Counted from the first letter of the stretch, positions 1 to 12,102 are shown. The stretch: DNA of 64,000 nt from Escherichia coli (GCF_045037415.1 NZ_CP173438.1), one strand, 5' to 3'. Notes: generated by a model from the sequence alone, not told the origin. A program made the numbers and translations.

Positions 1-1741
1 CGGGTGTCGAAAGGCCGATATTCATCGCACCGACGATAGCGCCCGTTACCATAGATCCCAGCACAAACGAACCAATAACCCGCAGCGGATCTTCAATCGC
101 CATCGGGATCGCCCCTTCGGTGATACCTGCCAATCCTAACAGCCAGGTGGATTTCCCGGTTTCAATTTCAAACTCTTTAAACAGGCGCGGTGCGAGCATC
201 GTGGAAGCGGTTACGGTAAATGCCGAAACCATTTTGACGGAGGCGAAAATGGCATACGGGCCGTAAACGCCGTTCGCCATTGCCCCCAGACAGAATGCAT
301 AAGCGGCTTTGTTCACTGGCCCACCAAGGTCAAAGGAACACATAAAACCGAGAATGGCGCCCAACAACAGTGCGTTATTTCCTGACAGACCGTTCAGCCA
401 GGCGGTAAGCGAGTTATTGATCCATGCGACAGGTTCCCCTACTACAAACAGCATCAGACTACCCGCCCCCAACGTACCGAGCACCGGGTAGAGATAGAAA
501 GTCAGGAATCCGTTGAATTTACTGCTAAGACGTAGATGATTTTTCACCCAGCGCATCAGATAACCGGCTATCAATCCGCCAACGACCGCGCCGAGAAACC
601 CGGAACCAATCATGTTGGCGGCAAGCCCTGCCGCAAAGCCTGGCGCTAACGCCGGTTTATCAGCCAGTGAATAGGCGGTATAGGCTGCGAGCACCGGTAC
701 CATCAAAATCCCGAGCATCCCGCCGCCCAGCTTGCGGTACATCCACAACCAGGAGTTTTCTTCATTAAACAAATCTTGTAGCCCGAAGATTTGCGACAGT
801 AATACCGCGACCGCCAGCACCGTGCCACCCGCGACAATCAGCGGCACGGCGAAAGAGATCCCGCTCAACAGTGCCTGCTTCAGCTCCGTTTTGACACTTT
901 TCACCGGTTGCGTATCTTGCTGTACGGTACGCGTCTCATCGCTACGCTTGAGGGTAAGCGCTTGTTGAATCAACGCTTCTGCATGGCGAATCGGCTCGGC
1001 AACAGGCACAGAAAGCGCGGGAATGCCGTTAAAACGCTCGCTCTCCTTGATAGCGACTTCCGCCGCAAAAATACAGGCGGTTGCACTATTGAGTTGCTCC
1101 GCCGTTAAACGCTCTTCAATGCCGTTAGCACCTTGCTTTTCAACGTAGATATTCACGCCGAGTTTGCGTCCGGCTTTTTCCAGATATTCCGCAGCCATGT
1201 AGGTGTGAGCAATACCCGCCGGGCAGGCCGTTACGCAGACGATAGTTGGCGCATAAGAAAAAGAGGCAGTATGTTGCGCGTCCCCCTTGTCATCCAGCGC
1301 CGAGAGCAATTCATCGGGCGTCGTTGCCGACTGAATACGCGCCCTGAGCTCATCATCCGCCAGGCGCGTGGTCAGCGCGGTAAGCAGTTTCATATGCGTA
1401 GTACCTGCTTCATTGGGAGGAATGGCCAGCAATACCACTAAATCAACCGCTTCCGGGCCATCCACGCCTTCCCACTGAAGCGGCTCGCTGAGTGTGGCGA
1501 CCGCAAACGCCGCTTCTTTTACCGCAGCAGTTTTGCCATGCGGCACGGCCAGCCCTTCACCTAAGGCGGTCGGGCCGAGGCTTTCACGGCAATACACTTC
1601 TTCCAGAAATTGCTCAGTACTGGAAATTTTCCCCAGAGCAGCAAGACGTTGAGTCAACGCGTGGATGGCCTCTTCACGGCTGGTAAAGCGCACATTCAGA
1701 CACAGCGCATCGCGGTGGGTCAGAGTCGTCAGGTTCATCAT
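1..1741 (-). CDS. mngA: PTS 2-O-alpha-mannosyl-D-glycerate transporter EIIABC, partial (3' end lies beyond window start)
   Basis: Minus-strand frame open to the window edge; reverse complement of 1..60 reads VLGSMVTGAIVGAMNIGLSTP; tandem ATG ATG at about 1736-1741 gives N-terminus MMNLTTLTHRDAL; sits next to mngR. Not in ORF track because it runs off the edge. Confidence 0.8.
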   Translation of the reverse strand, partial: MMNLTTLTHRDALCLNVRFTSREEAIHALTQRLAALGKISSTEQFLEEVYCRESLGPTALGEGLAVPHGKTAAVKEAAFAVATLSEPLQWEGVDGPEAVDLVVLLAIPPNEAGTTHMKLLTALTTRLADDELRARIQSATTPDELLSALDDKGDAQHTASFSYAPTIVCVTACPAGIAHTYMAAEYLEKAGRKLGVNIYVEKQGANGIEERLTAEQLNSATACIFAAEVAIKESERFNGIPALSVPVAEPIRHAEALIQQALTLKRSDETRTVQQDTQPVKSVKTELKQALLSGISFAVPLIVAGGTVLAVAVLLSQIFGLQDLFNEENSWLWMYRKLGGGMLGILMVPVLAAYTAYSLADKPALAPGFAAGLAANMIGSGFLGAVVGGLIAGYLMRWVKNHLRLSSKFNGFLTFYLYPVLGTLGAGSLMLFVVGEPVAWINNSLTAWLNGLSGNNALLLGAILGFMCSFDLGGPVNKAAYAFCLGAMANGVYGPYAIFASVKMVSAFTVTASTMLAPRLFKEFEIETGKSTWLLGLAGITEGAIPMAIEDPLRVIGSFVLGSMVTGAIVGAMNIGLSTP

Positions 1742-1906
1742 GGTTCTCACTTGATCATTTTTATAGTCGCGCAAGTGTGCCTGATAAAACAATACATTTA
1801 CGTGATCACTTTCACTTACAAGATACTATTTGTATTAAATTTGTATTATTTACAAGATGAATTTATCGAGCATAATGGCTAAATTCGTATTAATGAGATA
1901 CTAGAA

Positions 1907-2629
1907 ATGGGACACAAACCCTTATACCGGCAGATTGCCGATCGCATTCGTGAGCAGATTACGTGCGGCGAGCTAAAACCTGGCGATGCGTTACCCACTG
2001 AATCGGCATTACAAACAGAGTTTGGCGTCAGCCGGGTTACGGTGCGCCAGGCTTTGCGCCAGTTAGTCGAGCAGCAGATCCTCGAAAGCATCCAGGGCAG
2101 CGGGACTTACGTCAAAGAAGAGCGGGTCAATTACGATATTTTTCAGTTAACCAGTTTTGATGAAAAACTGTCGGACCGTCACGTCGAAACACATAGTGAA
2201 GTCCTGATATTTGAAGTAATTCCGGCTGACAATTTTCTTCAGCAGCAGCTGCAAATTAGCGAGCAGGATCGTGTGTGGCATGTGAAGCGCGTGCGCTATC
2301 GCAAGCAAAAGCCGGTGGCGCTGGAAGAAACCTGGATGCCGCTTGCATTATTCCCGGATCTCACCTGGCAGGTCATGGAAAATTCGAAATATCACTTTAT
2401 TGAAGAAGTGAAGAAGATGGTTATCGATCGTAGCGAACAGGAGATAATTCCCCTGATGCCCACGGAAGAGATGAGCCGTCTGCTTAATATCAGCCAGACT
2501 AAGCCGATTCTTGAAAAAGTATCGCGTGGATATTTAGTTGATGGCCAGGTGTTTGAATATAGCCGCAACGCTTTTAATACTGATGACTATAAATTTACCC
2601 TGATAGCGCAGCGAAAATCGCCGCGATAA
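1907..2629 (+). CDS. mngR: GntR-family (HutC/UTRA type) transcriptional regulator of mannosyl-glycerate utilisation
   Basis: 240 aa ORF; N-terminal winged HTH (LPTESALQTEFGVSRVTVRQAL); position between mngA and sucD. Confidence 0.9.
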   Translation: MGHKPLYRQIADRIREQITCGELKPGDALPTESALQTEFGVSRVTVRQALRQLVEQQILESIQGSGTYVKEERVNYDIFQLTSFDEKLSDRHVETHSEVLIFEVIPADNFLQQQLQISEQDRVWHVKRVRYRKQKPVALEETWMPLALFPDLTWQVMENSKYHFIEEVKKMVIDRSEQEIIPLMPTEEMSRLLNISQTKPILEKVSRGYLVDGQVFEYSRNAFNTDDYKFTLIAQRKSPR

Positions 2630-2632
2630 GCA

Positions 2633-2656
2633 TAAAAAAGGCCATCATAAGATGGC
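2633..2656 (-). terminator. Intrinsic terminator of the sdh-suc operon
   Basis: GC hairpin followed by a T-run on the minus strand directly downstream of sucD. Confidence 0.5.
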
Positions 2657-2675
2657 CAACCATGTCGAAACCGAC

Positions 2676-2720
2676 AGCCCTTCGCCCTTCCTGTAGGGGG
2701 AAGCGGCGAGGGCTATTTCT
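2676..2720 (+). terminator. Putative mngR terminator hairpin
   Basis: Long imperfect palindrome agcccttcgcc...ggcgagggct followed by a T-rich stretch. Confidence 0.45.
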
Positions 2721-2732
2721 TATTACAGATAT

Positions 2733-3602
2733 TTATTTCAGAACAGTTTTCAGTGCTTCACCGATATCAGCCAGGCTGCGAACGGTTTTCACGCCTGCGG
2801 CTTCCAGAGCAGCGAATTTCTCATCCGCAGTACCTTTACCACCGGCAATGATGGCACCCGCGTGGCCCATACGTTTGCCTTTCGGCGCAGTCACACCAGC
2901 GATGTAACCCACAACTGGCTTGGTGACGTGCTCTTTGATGTACGCAGCCGCTTCTTCTTCAGCGCTACCGCCGATCTCACCGATCATCACGATCGCTTCA
3001 GTCTGCGGATCTTTTTCGAACATTTCGAGAATATCGATAAAGTTAGAGCCAGGGATCGGGTCGCCGCCGATACCAACACAGGTCGACTGACCGAAACCGT
3101 AATCCGTGGTCTGTTTAACCGCTTCATAGGTCAGCGTACCGGAACGGGAAACGATACCCACTTTACCTGGTTTGTGAATGTGACCCGGCTGGATACCGAT
3201 TTTGCATTCCCCCGGGGTGATAACGCCTGGGCAGTTCGGGCCGATCATACGAACGCCTGCTTCATCCAGTTTCACTTTCACCGTCAGCATATCCAGCGTC
3301 GGGATGCCTTCAGTGATGGTGATAATCAGTTTGATGCCTGCATCGATAGCTTCCAGAATGGAGTCTTTGCAGAACGGTGCTGGTACGTAGATAACAGAGG
3401 CGGTAGCGCCAGTGGCAGCAACAGCTTCACGCACGGTGTTAAACACCGGCAGGCCGAGGTGGGTAGTACCGCCTTTACCTGGGGTTACGCCGCCAACCAT
3501 TTTAGTGCCGTATGCAATGGCCTGTTCAGAGTGGAAAGTCCCCTGGCTACCAGTAAAGCCCTGGCAGATAACCTTGGTGTTTTTATCAATTAAAATGGAC
3601 AT
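2733..3602 (-). CDS. sucD: succinyl-CoA synthetase alpha subunit
   Basis: 289 aa; [25 protein letters not shown]-terminus; CoA-binding and His-phosphorylation motifs; start overlaps sucC stop. Confidence 0.97.
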
Positions 3603-4768
3603 TATTTCCCCTCCACTGCGGCAACAACCTGCTGAGCTGCATCCGTCAGACCTTTTGCTGCAATAATATTCAGGCCGCTGTCAGCCAGTTTCTTCGCACC
3701 GAGTTCGGCGTTGTTACCTTCCAGACGTACCACGACCGGTACGTTAACACCCACTTCTGCTACCGCGCCGATGATACCGTCAGCGATCAGGTCGCAACGA
3801 ACGATACCGCCGAAGATGTTAACCAGAACGGCTTTCACTTTGTCGTCAGAGAGGATGATTTTGAACGCTTCGGTTACACGTTCTTTGGTTGCGCCACCGC
3901 CAACGTCCAGGAAGTTAGCCGGTTCGCCGCCGTGCAGTTTAACGATGTCCATCGTACCCATCGCCAGACCTGCGCCGTTAACCATACAACCGATGTTACC
4001 GTCCAGCGCAACGTAGTTCAGTTCCCACTGTGCAGCCTGTGCTTCACGCGGATCTTCCTGCGACTGGTCACGCATTTCACGCAGATCAGGCTGGCGGAAC
4101 AGTGCGTTGCCATCAGCGCCCAGTTTGCCGTCGAGGCAAATCAGATCGCCCTGTTTGGTAATAACCAGCGGGTTGATTTCGATAAGCGCAAGGTCGCGCT
4201 CCAGGAAAATGGTCGCCAGGCCCATGAAGATTTTGGTGAACTGCTGAACCAGTTTACCTTCCAGACCCAGTTTAAACGCCAGCTCGCGTCCCTGATACGG
4301 CATCGGGCCAGTCAGCGGATCAAGCGCAACTTTGTGGATCAGGTGCGGAGTTTCTTCCGCCACTTTTTCGATTTCCACGCCGCCTTCGGTGGAGGCCATA
4401 AAGACCACGCGACGGGAACTACGGTCAACAACGGCACCGAGATACAGCTCTTTAGCGATATCGGTCGCTGCTTCAACCAGAATCTGGTTAACCGGTTGGC
4501 CATTGGCATCTGTTTGATACGTTACCAGACGCTTGCCCAGCCAGTTTTCTGCAAAAGCACGGATGTCTTCTTTGCTGTTTACAACTTTCACACCGCCCGC
4601 TTTACCGCGGCCACCAGCGTGAACCTGACATTTCACTACCCACGGACCGGCACCGATTTTTGAAGCGGCTTCTTCTGCTTCGCGTGGAGTAGTACAGGCA
4701 TAACCCACCGGTGCTGGTAAGCCATAGCGGGCAAAAAGTTGTTTTGCCTGATATTCATGTAAGTTCAT
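3602..4768 (-). CDS. sucC: succinyl-CoA synthetase beta subunit
   Basis: 388 aa; [19 protein letters not shown]-terminus (ATP-grasp). Confidence 0.97.
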
Positions 4769-4808
4769 GTGTTCTGTCCATCCTTCAGTAATCGTTATCT
4801 TTTAAACC

Positions 4809-4839
4809 GTAGACCGACCCCCTATCCACGTCGGTCTAC
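4809..4839. repeat. Inverted repeat / stem-loop in the sucB-sucC intergenic region
   Basis: gtagaccgac ... gtcggtctac, 10-bp arms, about 11-nt loop. Confidence 0.5.
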
Positions 4840-4861
4840 AGTGCAGGTGAAGCTTAAACTA

Positions 4862-6079
4862 CTACACGTCCAGCAGCAGACGCGTCGGATCTTCCAGCAA
4901 CTCTTTGATCGTTACCAGGAAGCCCACGGATTCGCGACCATCGATCAAACGGTGATCGTAGGACAGCGCCAGGTACATCATCGGCAGGATCTCAACCTGG
5001 CCATTCACCGCCATCGGACGATCTTTGATAGCGTGCATACCCAGAATTGCGCTCTGCGGCGGGTTGATGATAGGCGTAGACATCAGGGAACCGAACACAC
5101 CACCGTTGGTGATGGTAAAGTTACCACCAGTCAGATCTTCAACCGTCAGCTTGCCGTCACGGCCTTTAACTGCCAGCTCTTTAATTTTCTTCTCGATGTC
5201 TGCCATGCCGAGGGTATCGACATCACGCAGAACCGGCGTCACCAGGCCGCGCGGCGTAGAAACCGCCATACTGACGTCGAAATAGTTGTGGTAGACCACA
5301 TCATCGCCGTCGATAGACGCATTCACTTCCGGGTAACGTTTCAGGGCTTCAACCACCGCTTTCACGTAGAAGGACATAAAGCCCAGACGGATGCCGTGGC
5401 GTTTTTCAAACGCTTCACCGTACTGCTTACGCAGATCCATAATCGGCTTCATGTTGACTTCGTTGAACGTGGTCAGCATGGCGGTGGAGTTTTTCGCTTC
5501 CAGCAGACGCTCTGCCACACGCTTACGCAGGCGAGTCATCGGCACACGTTTTTCGCTACGTGCAGCCAGGGCCGGTTGCGCCGCCGGAGCAGCCGCTGCC
5601 GGAGCAGACTCTTTCGCCGGGGCTTTCGCCAGATGTTTTTCCACATCTTCACGGGTCAGACGACCACCCACACCCGTGCCTTTAATGGCGCTGGCGTCGA
5701 GGTTATGTTCAGCCAGCAGGCGACGGATCGCCGGGCTTAACGCATCGTTGTTTTGCTCTTCCAGAGACGCCTGCTGGCGTTGCGCCGGAGTGGACGCTTT
5801 CTCTTCAGATTTGGCGCTGGTTTCTTTACCGGCGCTGTTGCCTTCACGCAGGCGACCAAGGATCTGACGAGACGTTACGGTTGTACCTTCATCTTCCAGA
5901 ACCGCATCCAGAATGCCGTCTGCTGATGCCGGTACTTCCAGTACCACTTTGTCAGTTTCGATTTCTACCAGCACTTCATCACGTACGACTACGTCGCCGG
6001 GTTTTTTATGCCAGGTTGCGACGGTGGCATCGGCTACGGATTCAGGCAGGTCAGGGACCAGAATATCTACGCTACTCAT
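4862..6079 (-). CDS. sucB: 2-oxoglutarate dehydrogenase E2, dihydrolipoyllysine succinyltransferase
   Basis: 405 aa; lipoyl domain ([13 protein letters not shown]), Ala/Pro-rich linker, catalytic domain DHRLIDG. Confidence 0.97.
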   Translation of the reverse strand: MSSVDILVPDLPESVADATVATWHKKPGDVVVRDEVLVEIETDKVVLEVPASADGILDAVLEDEGTTVTSRQILGRLREGNSAGKETSAKSEEKASTPAQRQQASLEEQNNDALSPAIRRLLAEHNLDASAIKGTGVGGRLTREDVEKHLAKAPAKESAPAAAAPAAQPALAARSEKRVPMTRLRKRVAERLLEAKNSTAMLTTFNEVNMKPIMDLRKQYGEAFEKRHGIRLGFMSFYVKAVVEALKRYPEVNASIDGDDVVYHNYFDVSMAVSTPRGLVTPVLRDVDTLGMADIEKKIKELAVKGRDGKLTVEDLTGGNFTITNGGVFGSLMSTPIINPPQSAILGMHAIKDRPMAVNGQVEILPMMYLALSYDHRLIDGRESVGFLVTIKELLEDPTRLLLDV

Positions 6080-6093
6080 TGTGTATCCTTTAT

Positions 6094-8895
6094 TTATTCG
6101 ACGTTCAGCGCGTCATTAACCAGATCTTGTTGCTGTTTCTGGTGAACGGACATATACCCTACCGCCGGAGAGGCGGAGGCCGGGCGGCCTGCATAACGCA
6201 GAGAAGCCCCAAACGGAATCACTTCACGGAAATGATGCTGGCTGCAGTACCATGCGCCCTGGTTGAGCGGCTCTTCCTGGCACCAGACAAAATCCTTGAC
6301 GTGAGCAAACTGCTGCAACACTTCCTGCATCGCTTTATGCGGGAACGGGTAGAGTTGCTCGATACGCACAATGGCGACATCGTGTTGATTGTTCTTACGA
6401 CGTTGTTCCAGCAGATCGTAATAAACCTTACCAGAACACATCACTACGCGCTTCACGCCCTTCGGATCAAGCTCGTCGATTTCACTGATGGCTGGCAGGA
6501 AGGTGCCGTTCGCCAGTTCTTCGAGGCTGGAAACCGCCAGCGGATGACGCAGCAGGGATTTCGGCGACATCACGACCAGTGGACGACGCATCCCGCGCAA
6601 CGCCTGACGACGCAGCATGTGGTAAACCTGTGCCGGGGTAGAAGGTACGCAAACCTGCATGTTTTGCTCAGCGCAAAGTTGCAGATAACGTTCCAGACGC
6701 GCGGAGGAGTGCTCCGGCCCCTGCCCTTCGTAACCGTGCGGCAGCAACATCACCAGGCCACACATCCGGCCCCATTTCTGTTCGCCAGAGGAGATGAACT
6801 GGTCGATAACCACCTGTGCACCGTTGGCGAAGTCACCGAACTGTGCTTCCCAGATGGTCAGGGTGCGTGGTTCTGCGGTGGCATAACCGTATTCAAACGC
6901 CAGTACGGCTTCTTCAGACAGTACAGAGTCCCAGACGCGGAACGCGCCCTGGCCGTTATGGATATGTTGCAGCGGCGTGTAAGTGGAACCGTTAGACTGG
7001 TTGTGGATCACCGCGTGGCGGTGGAAGAAGGTACCGCGACCGGAGTCTTCACCCGACAGGCGAACCGGAATGCCTTCGTCAACCAACGTGGCGTAAGCGA
7101 GGTTTTCCGCGCCGCCCCAGTCGAACAGTTTCTCACCGGCTGCCATCGCCTGGCGATCGCCATAAATTTTGGCAACGCGAGACTGCATTTCAACCGCTTC
7201 CGGCACCGTGCTGATGCGTTTAGCCAGTTCCTGCAGGCGCTTCATCTCAACTTTGTTCGGGTACTCTTCGTCCCATTCGTGGTTGAGGTACGGCGACCAG
7301 GTGAAAGAGTGCATGTTCATCGGACGCCACTCTGCTACAACGCAATCGCCAGCATCCAGCGCATCGCGGTACAGGTTAACCATCTCGGTGGCATCTTCCA
7401 GCGTCGCGACTTTTTCCTGCTCCAGCTTGTCAGCGTAGATTTTGCGCGGCGTCGGATGTTTTTTGATTTTCTGATACATCAGCGGCTGGGTTGCGCTCGG
7501 CTCGTCGGCTTCGTTGTGGCCGTGACGGCGGTAGCATACCAGGTCGATGAAGACATCACGTTTAAAGGTGTTACGGAAATCGAGCGCCAGACGGGTCACA
7601 AAGGCAACGGCTTCCGGATCATCCGCATTAACGTGGAAAATCGGTGCCTGAACCATCTTACCGATATCAGTACAGTACGGCGTCGAACGGGCATCCAGCG
7701 GGTTAGAGGTGGTGAAGCCAACCTGGTTGTTGATAACGATACGTACCGTACCGCCAACTTCATAACCACGCGCTTTCGACATGTTCAGGGTTTCCTGAAC
7801 TACGCCCTGCCCGGTCACTGCGGCGTCACCATGAATGGTGATTGGCAGCACTTTGTTGCTGCTCGGCTCATCAAGTCTGTCCAGACGGGCACGAACAGAA
7901 CCGATAACGACCGGGCTTACAATCTCAAGGTGAGACGGGTTAAACGCCAGCGCCAGGTGCACCAGGCCGCCATCGGTCTGGAAGTCAGACGAGAAGCCCA
8001 TGTGGTATTTCACGTCGCCCGTGCCGAGGTGTTCTTTATGTTTACCGGCAAACTCGTCGAACAAGTCTTGCGGTTTTTTACCCAGCACGTTCACCAGCAC
8101 GTTCAGACGACCACGGTGCGCCATCCCGAGAACCACTTCGCGGGTGCCGCTGTTGCCAGCGTGGCGGATCATCTCTTTAAGCATCGGGATTAACGCGTCA
8201 CCGCCTTCCAGCGAGAAGCGTTTTGCGCCAGGGAATTTTGCGCCAAGGTAACGTTCAAGGCCTTCAGCGGCGGTCAGTTCGCTTAAGAAGCGTTTTTTCT
8301 CTTCGCTATTGAAAGTCGCGCGACCAGACTCGATACGCTGTTGGATCCAGCGTTTTTCTTCGGTGCTGGTAATGTGCATATACTCGGCACCAATCGGGCC
8401 ACAGTAGGTTTGCTTGAGGGCTTCCAGCAGCTCGCCGAGTTTCATGGTTTCTTTGCCGCTGGCAAATGAACCGACGTTGAAGGTCTCCTGGAAGTCTGCT
8501 TCGGTCAGATCGTGGAAAGACGGATCCAGATCGGCCACTTTATCTTGCTGCCACAGTCCCAGCGGATCGAGATTCGCATGCTGGTGACCACGGAAGCGGT
8601 ATGCGTTAATGAGCTGCAGGACTTTAACCTGCTTCACATTGGTGTCAGGGTCGGAGATCGTTGAAGAGTAACGTGAAGCGTCTTTCGCCAGGCGGCGGAA
8701 ATATTCACGCGTTTGAGAGTGGAATTGATCCGGTTTGACTCCCGTACCAGGTAACTGCTGGAACGTCGAACGCCAGTTAGCGTCAACCGAGTCAGGATCG
8801 GTTAAGAAGTCTTCATAGAGCTGTTCTATCCAGCTCTGGTTTGCGCCAGAGAGGTAAGAAGAGTCCAACCAGGCTTTCAAAGCGCTGTTCTGCAT
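6094..8895 (-). CDS. sucA: 2-oxoglutarate dehydrogenase E1 component
   Basis: 933 aa; [32 protein letters not shown]-terminus. Confidence 0.97.
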   Translation of the reverse strand: MQNSALKAWLDSSYLSGANQSWIEQLYEDFLTDPDSVDANWRSTFQQLPGTGVKPDQFHSQTREYFRRLAKDASRYSSTISDPDTNVKQVKVLQLINAYRFRGHQHANLDPLGLWQQDKVADLDPSFHDLTEADFQETFNVGSFASGKETMKLGELLEALKQTYCGPIGAEYMHITSTEEKRWIQQRIESGRATFNSEEKKRFLSELTAAEGLERYLGAKFPGAKRFSLEGGDALIPMLKEMIRHAGNSGTREVVLGMAHRGRLNVLVNVLGKKPQDLFDEFAGKHKEHLGTGDVKYHMGFSSDFQTDGGLVHLALAFNPSHLEIVSPVVIGSVRARLDRLDEPSSNKVLPITIHGDAAVTGQGVVQETLNMSKARGYEVGGTVRIVINNQVGFTTSNPLDARSTPYCTDIGKMVQAPIFHVNADDPEAVAFVTRLALDFRNTFKRDVFIDLVCYRRHGHNEADEPSATQPLMYQKIKKHPTPRKIYADKLEQEKVATLEDATEMVNLYRDALDAGDCVVAEWRPMNMHSFTWSPYLNHEWDEEYPNKVEMKRLQELAKRISTVPEAVEMQSRVAKIYGDRQAMAAGEKLFDWGGAENLAYATLVDEGIPVRLSGEDSGRGTFFHRHAVIHNQSNGSTYTPLQHIHNGQGAFRVWDSVLSEEAVLAFEYGYATAEPRTLTIWEAQFGDFANGAQVVIDQFISSGEQKWGRMCGLVMLLPHGYEGQGPEHSSARLERYLQLCAEQNMQVCVPSTPAQVYHMLRRQALRGMRRPLVVMSPKSLLRHPLAVSSLEELANGTFLPAISEIDELDPKGVKRVVMCSGKVYYDLLEQRRKNNQHDVAIVRIEQLYPFPHKAMQEVLQQFAHVKDFVWCQEEPLNQGAWYCSQHHFREVIPFGASLRYAGRPASASPAVGYMSVHQKQQQDLVNDALNVE

Positions 8896-9068
8896 CGTGA
8901 TCCCTTAAGCATCTTTTTTATGCTTACTTCGCCGTGGATACTACCACGCACATTTCATATCTGATGTGCGTGCCGGGGTTCACTTGTTGCGGACTTGTCG
9001 TGTTTTCTGCGTCCGCTAAGGAACCTTTAAAAACTGTCTTAGTGTCAGGGGCAGTTTTTAAAGATTTC

Positions 9069-9258
9069 CTGCATTTCTTTTGTAGGCCGGATAAGGCATT
9101 CACGCCGCATCCGGCGCTGTTTGCCTGATGCGACGCTTGCGCGTCTTATCAGGCCTACGGTTTCTGCATTTCTTTTGTAGGCCGGATAAGGCGTTCACGC
9201 CGCATCCGGCACTGGTTGCCTGATGCGACGCTTGTGCGTCTTATCAGGCCTACGGTTT
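9069..9258. repeat. Tandem duplication of a roughly 95-bp REP/BIME unit
   Basis: Two near-identical copies of ctgcatttcttttgtaggccggataaggc-ttcacgccgcatccggc...gcctgatgcgacgctt-gcgcgtcttatcaggcctacggttt, abutting the sdhB stop codon. Confidence 0.75.
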
Positions 9259-9973
9259 ACGCATTACGTTGCAACAACATCGACTTGATATGGCCGATGG
9301 CGCGCGTCGGGTTCAGCCCCTTCGGACATACACTGACGCAGTTCATGATGCTGTGACAGCGGAATACACTGAATGCATCGCTCAAACCGTCGAGGCGGCT
9401 GTCAGTCTCGGTATCACGGCTATCGATCAGGAAACGATATGCCGCTAACAAGCCTGCCGGACCGATAAACTTATCGGGATTCCACCAGAAAGACGGACAA
9501 GAGGTTGAACAACATGCGCAGAGAATACATTCATACAACCCGTCGAGTTTTTCGCGCTGCTCTGGCATCTGTAAATGCTCGCGAGCTGGCGGATTTTGTC
9601 CATTATTCAACAGGTAAGGCTTAATTTTCTCATATTGCGCATAGAATTGTCCCATGTCTACCACCAAATCGCGGATCACCGGTAAACCTGGCAGCGGACG
9701 AATCACAATCTTCTTGCCCGGCTGGTTGAGTGCCGAAATCGGGGTAATACAGGCCAGACCATTCTTACCGTTCATGTTCAGACCGTCGGAACCGCACACA
9801 CCTTCACGGCAGGAGCGGCGGAACGACAGGCTGGGATCTTTCTCTTTCAGCTGAATAAGCGCATCCAGCAGCATCATGTCGCGACCTTCTTCCGCTTCCA
9901 GGGTGTAATCCTGCATACGCGGAGCATCATCAACATCCGGGTTATAGCGATAAATTGAAAACTCGAGTCTCAT
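9257..9973 (-). CDS. sdhB: succinate dehydrogenase iron-sulfur subunit
   Basis: 238 aa; Cys clusters for 2Fe-2S, 4Fe-4S and 3Fe-4S. Confidence 0.97.
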   Translation of the reverse strand: MRLEFSIYRYNPDVDDAPRMQDYTLEAEEGRDMMLLDALIQLKEKDPSLSFRRSCREGVCGSDGLNMNGKNGLACITPISALNQPGKKIVIRPLPGLPVIRDLVVDMGQFYAQYEKIKPYLLNNGQNPPAREHLQMPEQREKLDGLYECILCACCSTSCPSFWWNPDKFIGPAGLLAAYRFLIDSRDTETDSRLDGLSDAFSVFRCHSIMNCVSVCPKGLNPTRAIGHIKSMLLQRNA

Positions 9974-9988
9974 TTTCCTGTCTCCGCA

Positions 9989-11755
9989 TTAGTAAGTACG
10001 AATCTTCGGCGGGAATGCCGGGCGCAGTTTCGGTTCCATGTTGACGCTTCGGCGCGTCATGGATTCCGACTCTGGCAGATACAGGGAGTGGCACAGCCAG
10101 TTTTCATCATCACGATCCGGGAAGTCGAAGCGGCTATGCGCGCCACGGCTTTCGGTACGGAAGTTGGCAGAAACAGCCGTTGCATACGCCGTTTCCATCA
10201 GGTTATCCAGTTCCAGGCACTCAACGCGCTGGGTGTTGAACTCGCTGGAAGTGTCATCCAGACGGGCATTTTTCAGACGCTCGCGGATAACTTTCAACTG
10301 CTCAAGCCCTTTCGCCATCGCATCACCTTCACGGAAGACCGAGAAGTTATGCTGCATACATTCTTGCAGTGCTTTACGGATCGCCACCGGATCTTCACCG
10401 TTACGGTTATTGTTCCAGCGGTTCAGGCGATCCAGAGACGCTTCTACATCAGACTCGCTGGCATCGCGCAGTGCGCCCTGCTCGGCGATAGACTCTTGCA
10501 GATGCAGACCTGCCGCACGACCAAATACCACCAGGTCCAGCAGCGAGTTGCCGCCCAGACGGTTAGCGCCGTGTACCGATACACAAGCGATTTCACCAAC
10601 GGCAAACAGCCCCGGAACAACCACATCTTCGCCTTTCTCATTCACCGTCAGCGCCTGACCGGTCACTTTGGTCGGAATACCGCCCATCATGTAGTGACAG
10701 GTTGGGATAACCGGAATCGGCTCTTTCACCGGATCGACGTGAGCGAAGGTACGGGAGAGTTCCAGAATACCCGGCAGACGGGATTCGAGAACTTCTTTCC
10801 CCAGATGGTCAAGTTTCAGTTTTGCGTGTGGCCCCCACGGACCATCACAGCCGCGACCTTCACGGATTTCGATCATGATGGAACGCGCCACCACGTCACG
10901 GCCCGCCAGGTCTTTGGCGTTCGGCGCATAACGCTCCATAAAGCGTTCGCCATGTTTGTTCAGCAGATAACCGCCTTCACCACGGCACCCTTCGGTGACC
11001 AGTACGCCCGCACCGGCAATACCGGTCGGGTGGAACTGCCACATTTCCATATCCTGCACCGGTACGCCTGCACGGATAGCCATGCCGACACCGTCGCCAG
11101 TGTTAATGTGGGCGTTGGTGGTGGACTGATAAATACGCCCTGCCCCGCCAGTCGCCAGCACTGTCGCGCGAGCTTTAAAGTAAACCACTTCACCAGTTTC
11201 GATGCACAGTGCGGTACAACCGACCACTGCGCCATCCTGGTTTTTCACCAGATCCAGCGCATACCACTCGGAGAAAATGGTGGTGTGGTTTTTCAGGTTC
11301 TGCTGATAAAGCGTGTGCAACAGTGCGTGACCGGTACGGTCAGCTGCCGCCGCAGTACGTGCCGCCTGCTCGCCGCCGAAGTTTTTCGACTGACCGCCAA
11401 ACGGACGTTGATAGATACGACCATCATCAAGACGCGAGAACGGCAGGCCCATATGTTCCAGTTCCAGAATCGCTTCCGGCCCGGTTTTACACATATATTC
11501 AATCGCGTCCTGGTCACCGATATAGTCCGACCCTTTTACGGTGTCGTACATATGCCATTCCCAGTTATCTTCATGGGTATTACCCAGCGCAACGGTAATA
11601 CCACCTTGCGCAGAAACGGTATGGGAACGGGTCGGGAAGACCTTAGAGAGCAGCGCACAGGTCTGGCCACTCTGGGAAATTTGCAGCGCCGCGCGCATAC
11701 CTGCGCCGCCAGCACCAATCACAACTGCATCAAATTCTCTGACTGGCAATTTCAT
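9989..11755 (-). CDS. sdhA: succinate dehydrogenase flavoprotein subunit
   Basis: ORF-track frame 9989..11767; start placed at internal Met ([22 protein letters not shown]) where it overlaps the sdhD stop. Confidence 0.95.
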   Translation of the reverse strand: MKLPVREFDAVVIGAGGAGMRAALQISQSGQTCALLSKVFPTRSHTVSAQGGITVALGNTHEDNWEWHMYDTVKGSDYIGDQDAIEYMCKTGPEAILELEHMGLPFSRLDDGRIYQRPFGGQSKNFGGEQAARTAAAADRTGHALLHTLYQQNLKNHTTIFSEWYALDLVKNQDGAVVGCTALCIETGEVVYFKARATVLATGGAGRIYQSTTNAHINTGDGVGMAIRAGVPVQDMEMWQFHPTGIAGAGVLVTEGCRGEGGYLLNKHGERFMERYAPNAKDLAGRDVVARSIMIEIREGRGCDGPWGPHAKLKLDHLGKEVLESRLPGILELSRTFAHVDPVKEPIPVIPTCHYMMGGIPTKVTGQALTVNEKGEDVVVPGLFAVGEIACVSVHGANRLGGNSLLDLVVFGRAAGLHLQESIAEQGALRDASESDVEASLDRLNRWNNNRNGEDPVAIRKALQECMQHNFSVFREGDAMAKGLEQLKVIRERLKNARLDDTSSEFNTQRVECLELDNLMETAYATAVSANFRTESRGAHSRFDFPDRDDENWLCHSLYLPESESMTRRSVNMEPKLRPAFPPKIRTY

Positions 11756-12102
11756 CACACACCCCACACCACAACGAATCCATAAATCACGTAAACCACC
11801 AGTGCAACGACAATCACCAGTTGCAGCATCAGGCGCAAGGCCAGCGGTTTAACGTAGTCGGTCAACACCTGCCACATGCCGATCCAGGCATGGATCAAGA
11901 TAGAAAACAGCGCCAGCAGGGTGAACACTTTGGTGAACGCAGAGGCGAAGAAACCAATCCAGACTTCATATGTCAGCTCGCCACTGGTAGCGAAAAAACC
12001 GACCATATAAATGATGTAGAGCGTCAGGACGATAGCGGTAGCACGAACGAGGATGAAATCATGTACGCCATTGCGTCCTAATGCGGAGGCGTTGCTTACC
12101 AT
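11755..12102 (-). CDS. sdhD: succinate dehydrogenase membrane anchor subunit
   Basis: 115 aa hydrophobic protein in the sdhCDAB operon. Confidence 0.95.

Larger units (their letters stand above)
2633..2732 (-). ncRNA. sdhX: Candidate SdhX (RybD) sRNA from the sucD 3' UTR
   Basis: About 100 nt between sucD stop (2733) and a hairpin ggccatc-ataa-gatggcc followed by a U-run on the minus strand; SdhX is known to be processed from the 3' end of the sdh-suc transcript. Extent not verified. Confidence 0.4.

Noticed and set aside
1742-1906. Possible longer mngA N-terminus as in some K-12 annotations
   Set aside because: In this sequence the in-frame upstream region has no ATG at the corresponding position (only a GTG three codons upstream of the tandem ATGs), so the tandem ATG start was kept.
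5881-8193. 770-aa plus-strand ORF, with similar long ORFs at 4769..5740, 10088..11785, 2862..3593, 13968..14492, 32517..33230, 33945..34511, 44450..45487, 49197..49886, 51939..52520 and 62846..63772
   Set aside because: All lie entirely antisense to highly conserved genes (sucA, sucB, sdhA, sucD, gltA, kdpA, kdpB, pgm, chiP, glnS, nagE). Their translations are low-complexity (R/H/Q/V-rich) with no recognisable motifs. Stop-poor antisense frames are expected in GC-rich coding DNA.
9069-9258. Possible CRISPR array suggested by tandem repeats
   Set aside because: Only two copies, units of about 95 bp with no unique spacers, and sequence matching REP/BIME palindromes; no cas genes anywhere in the window.
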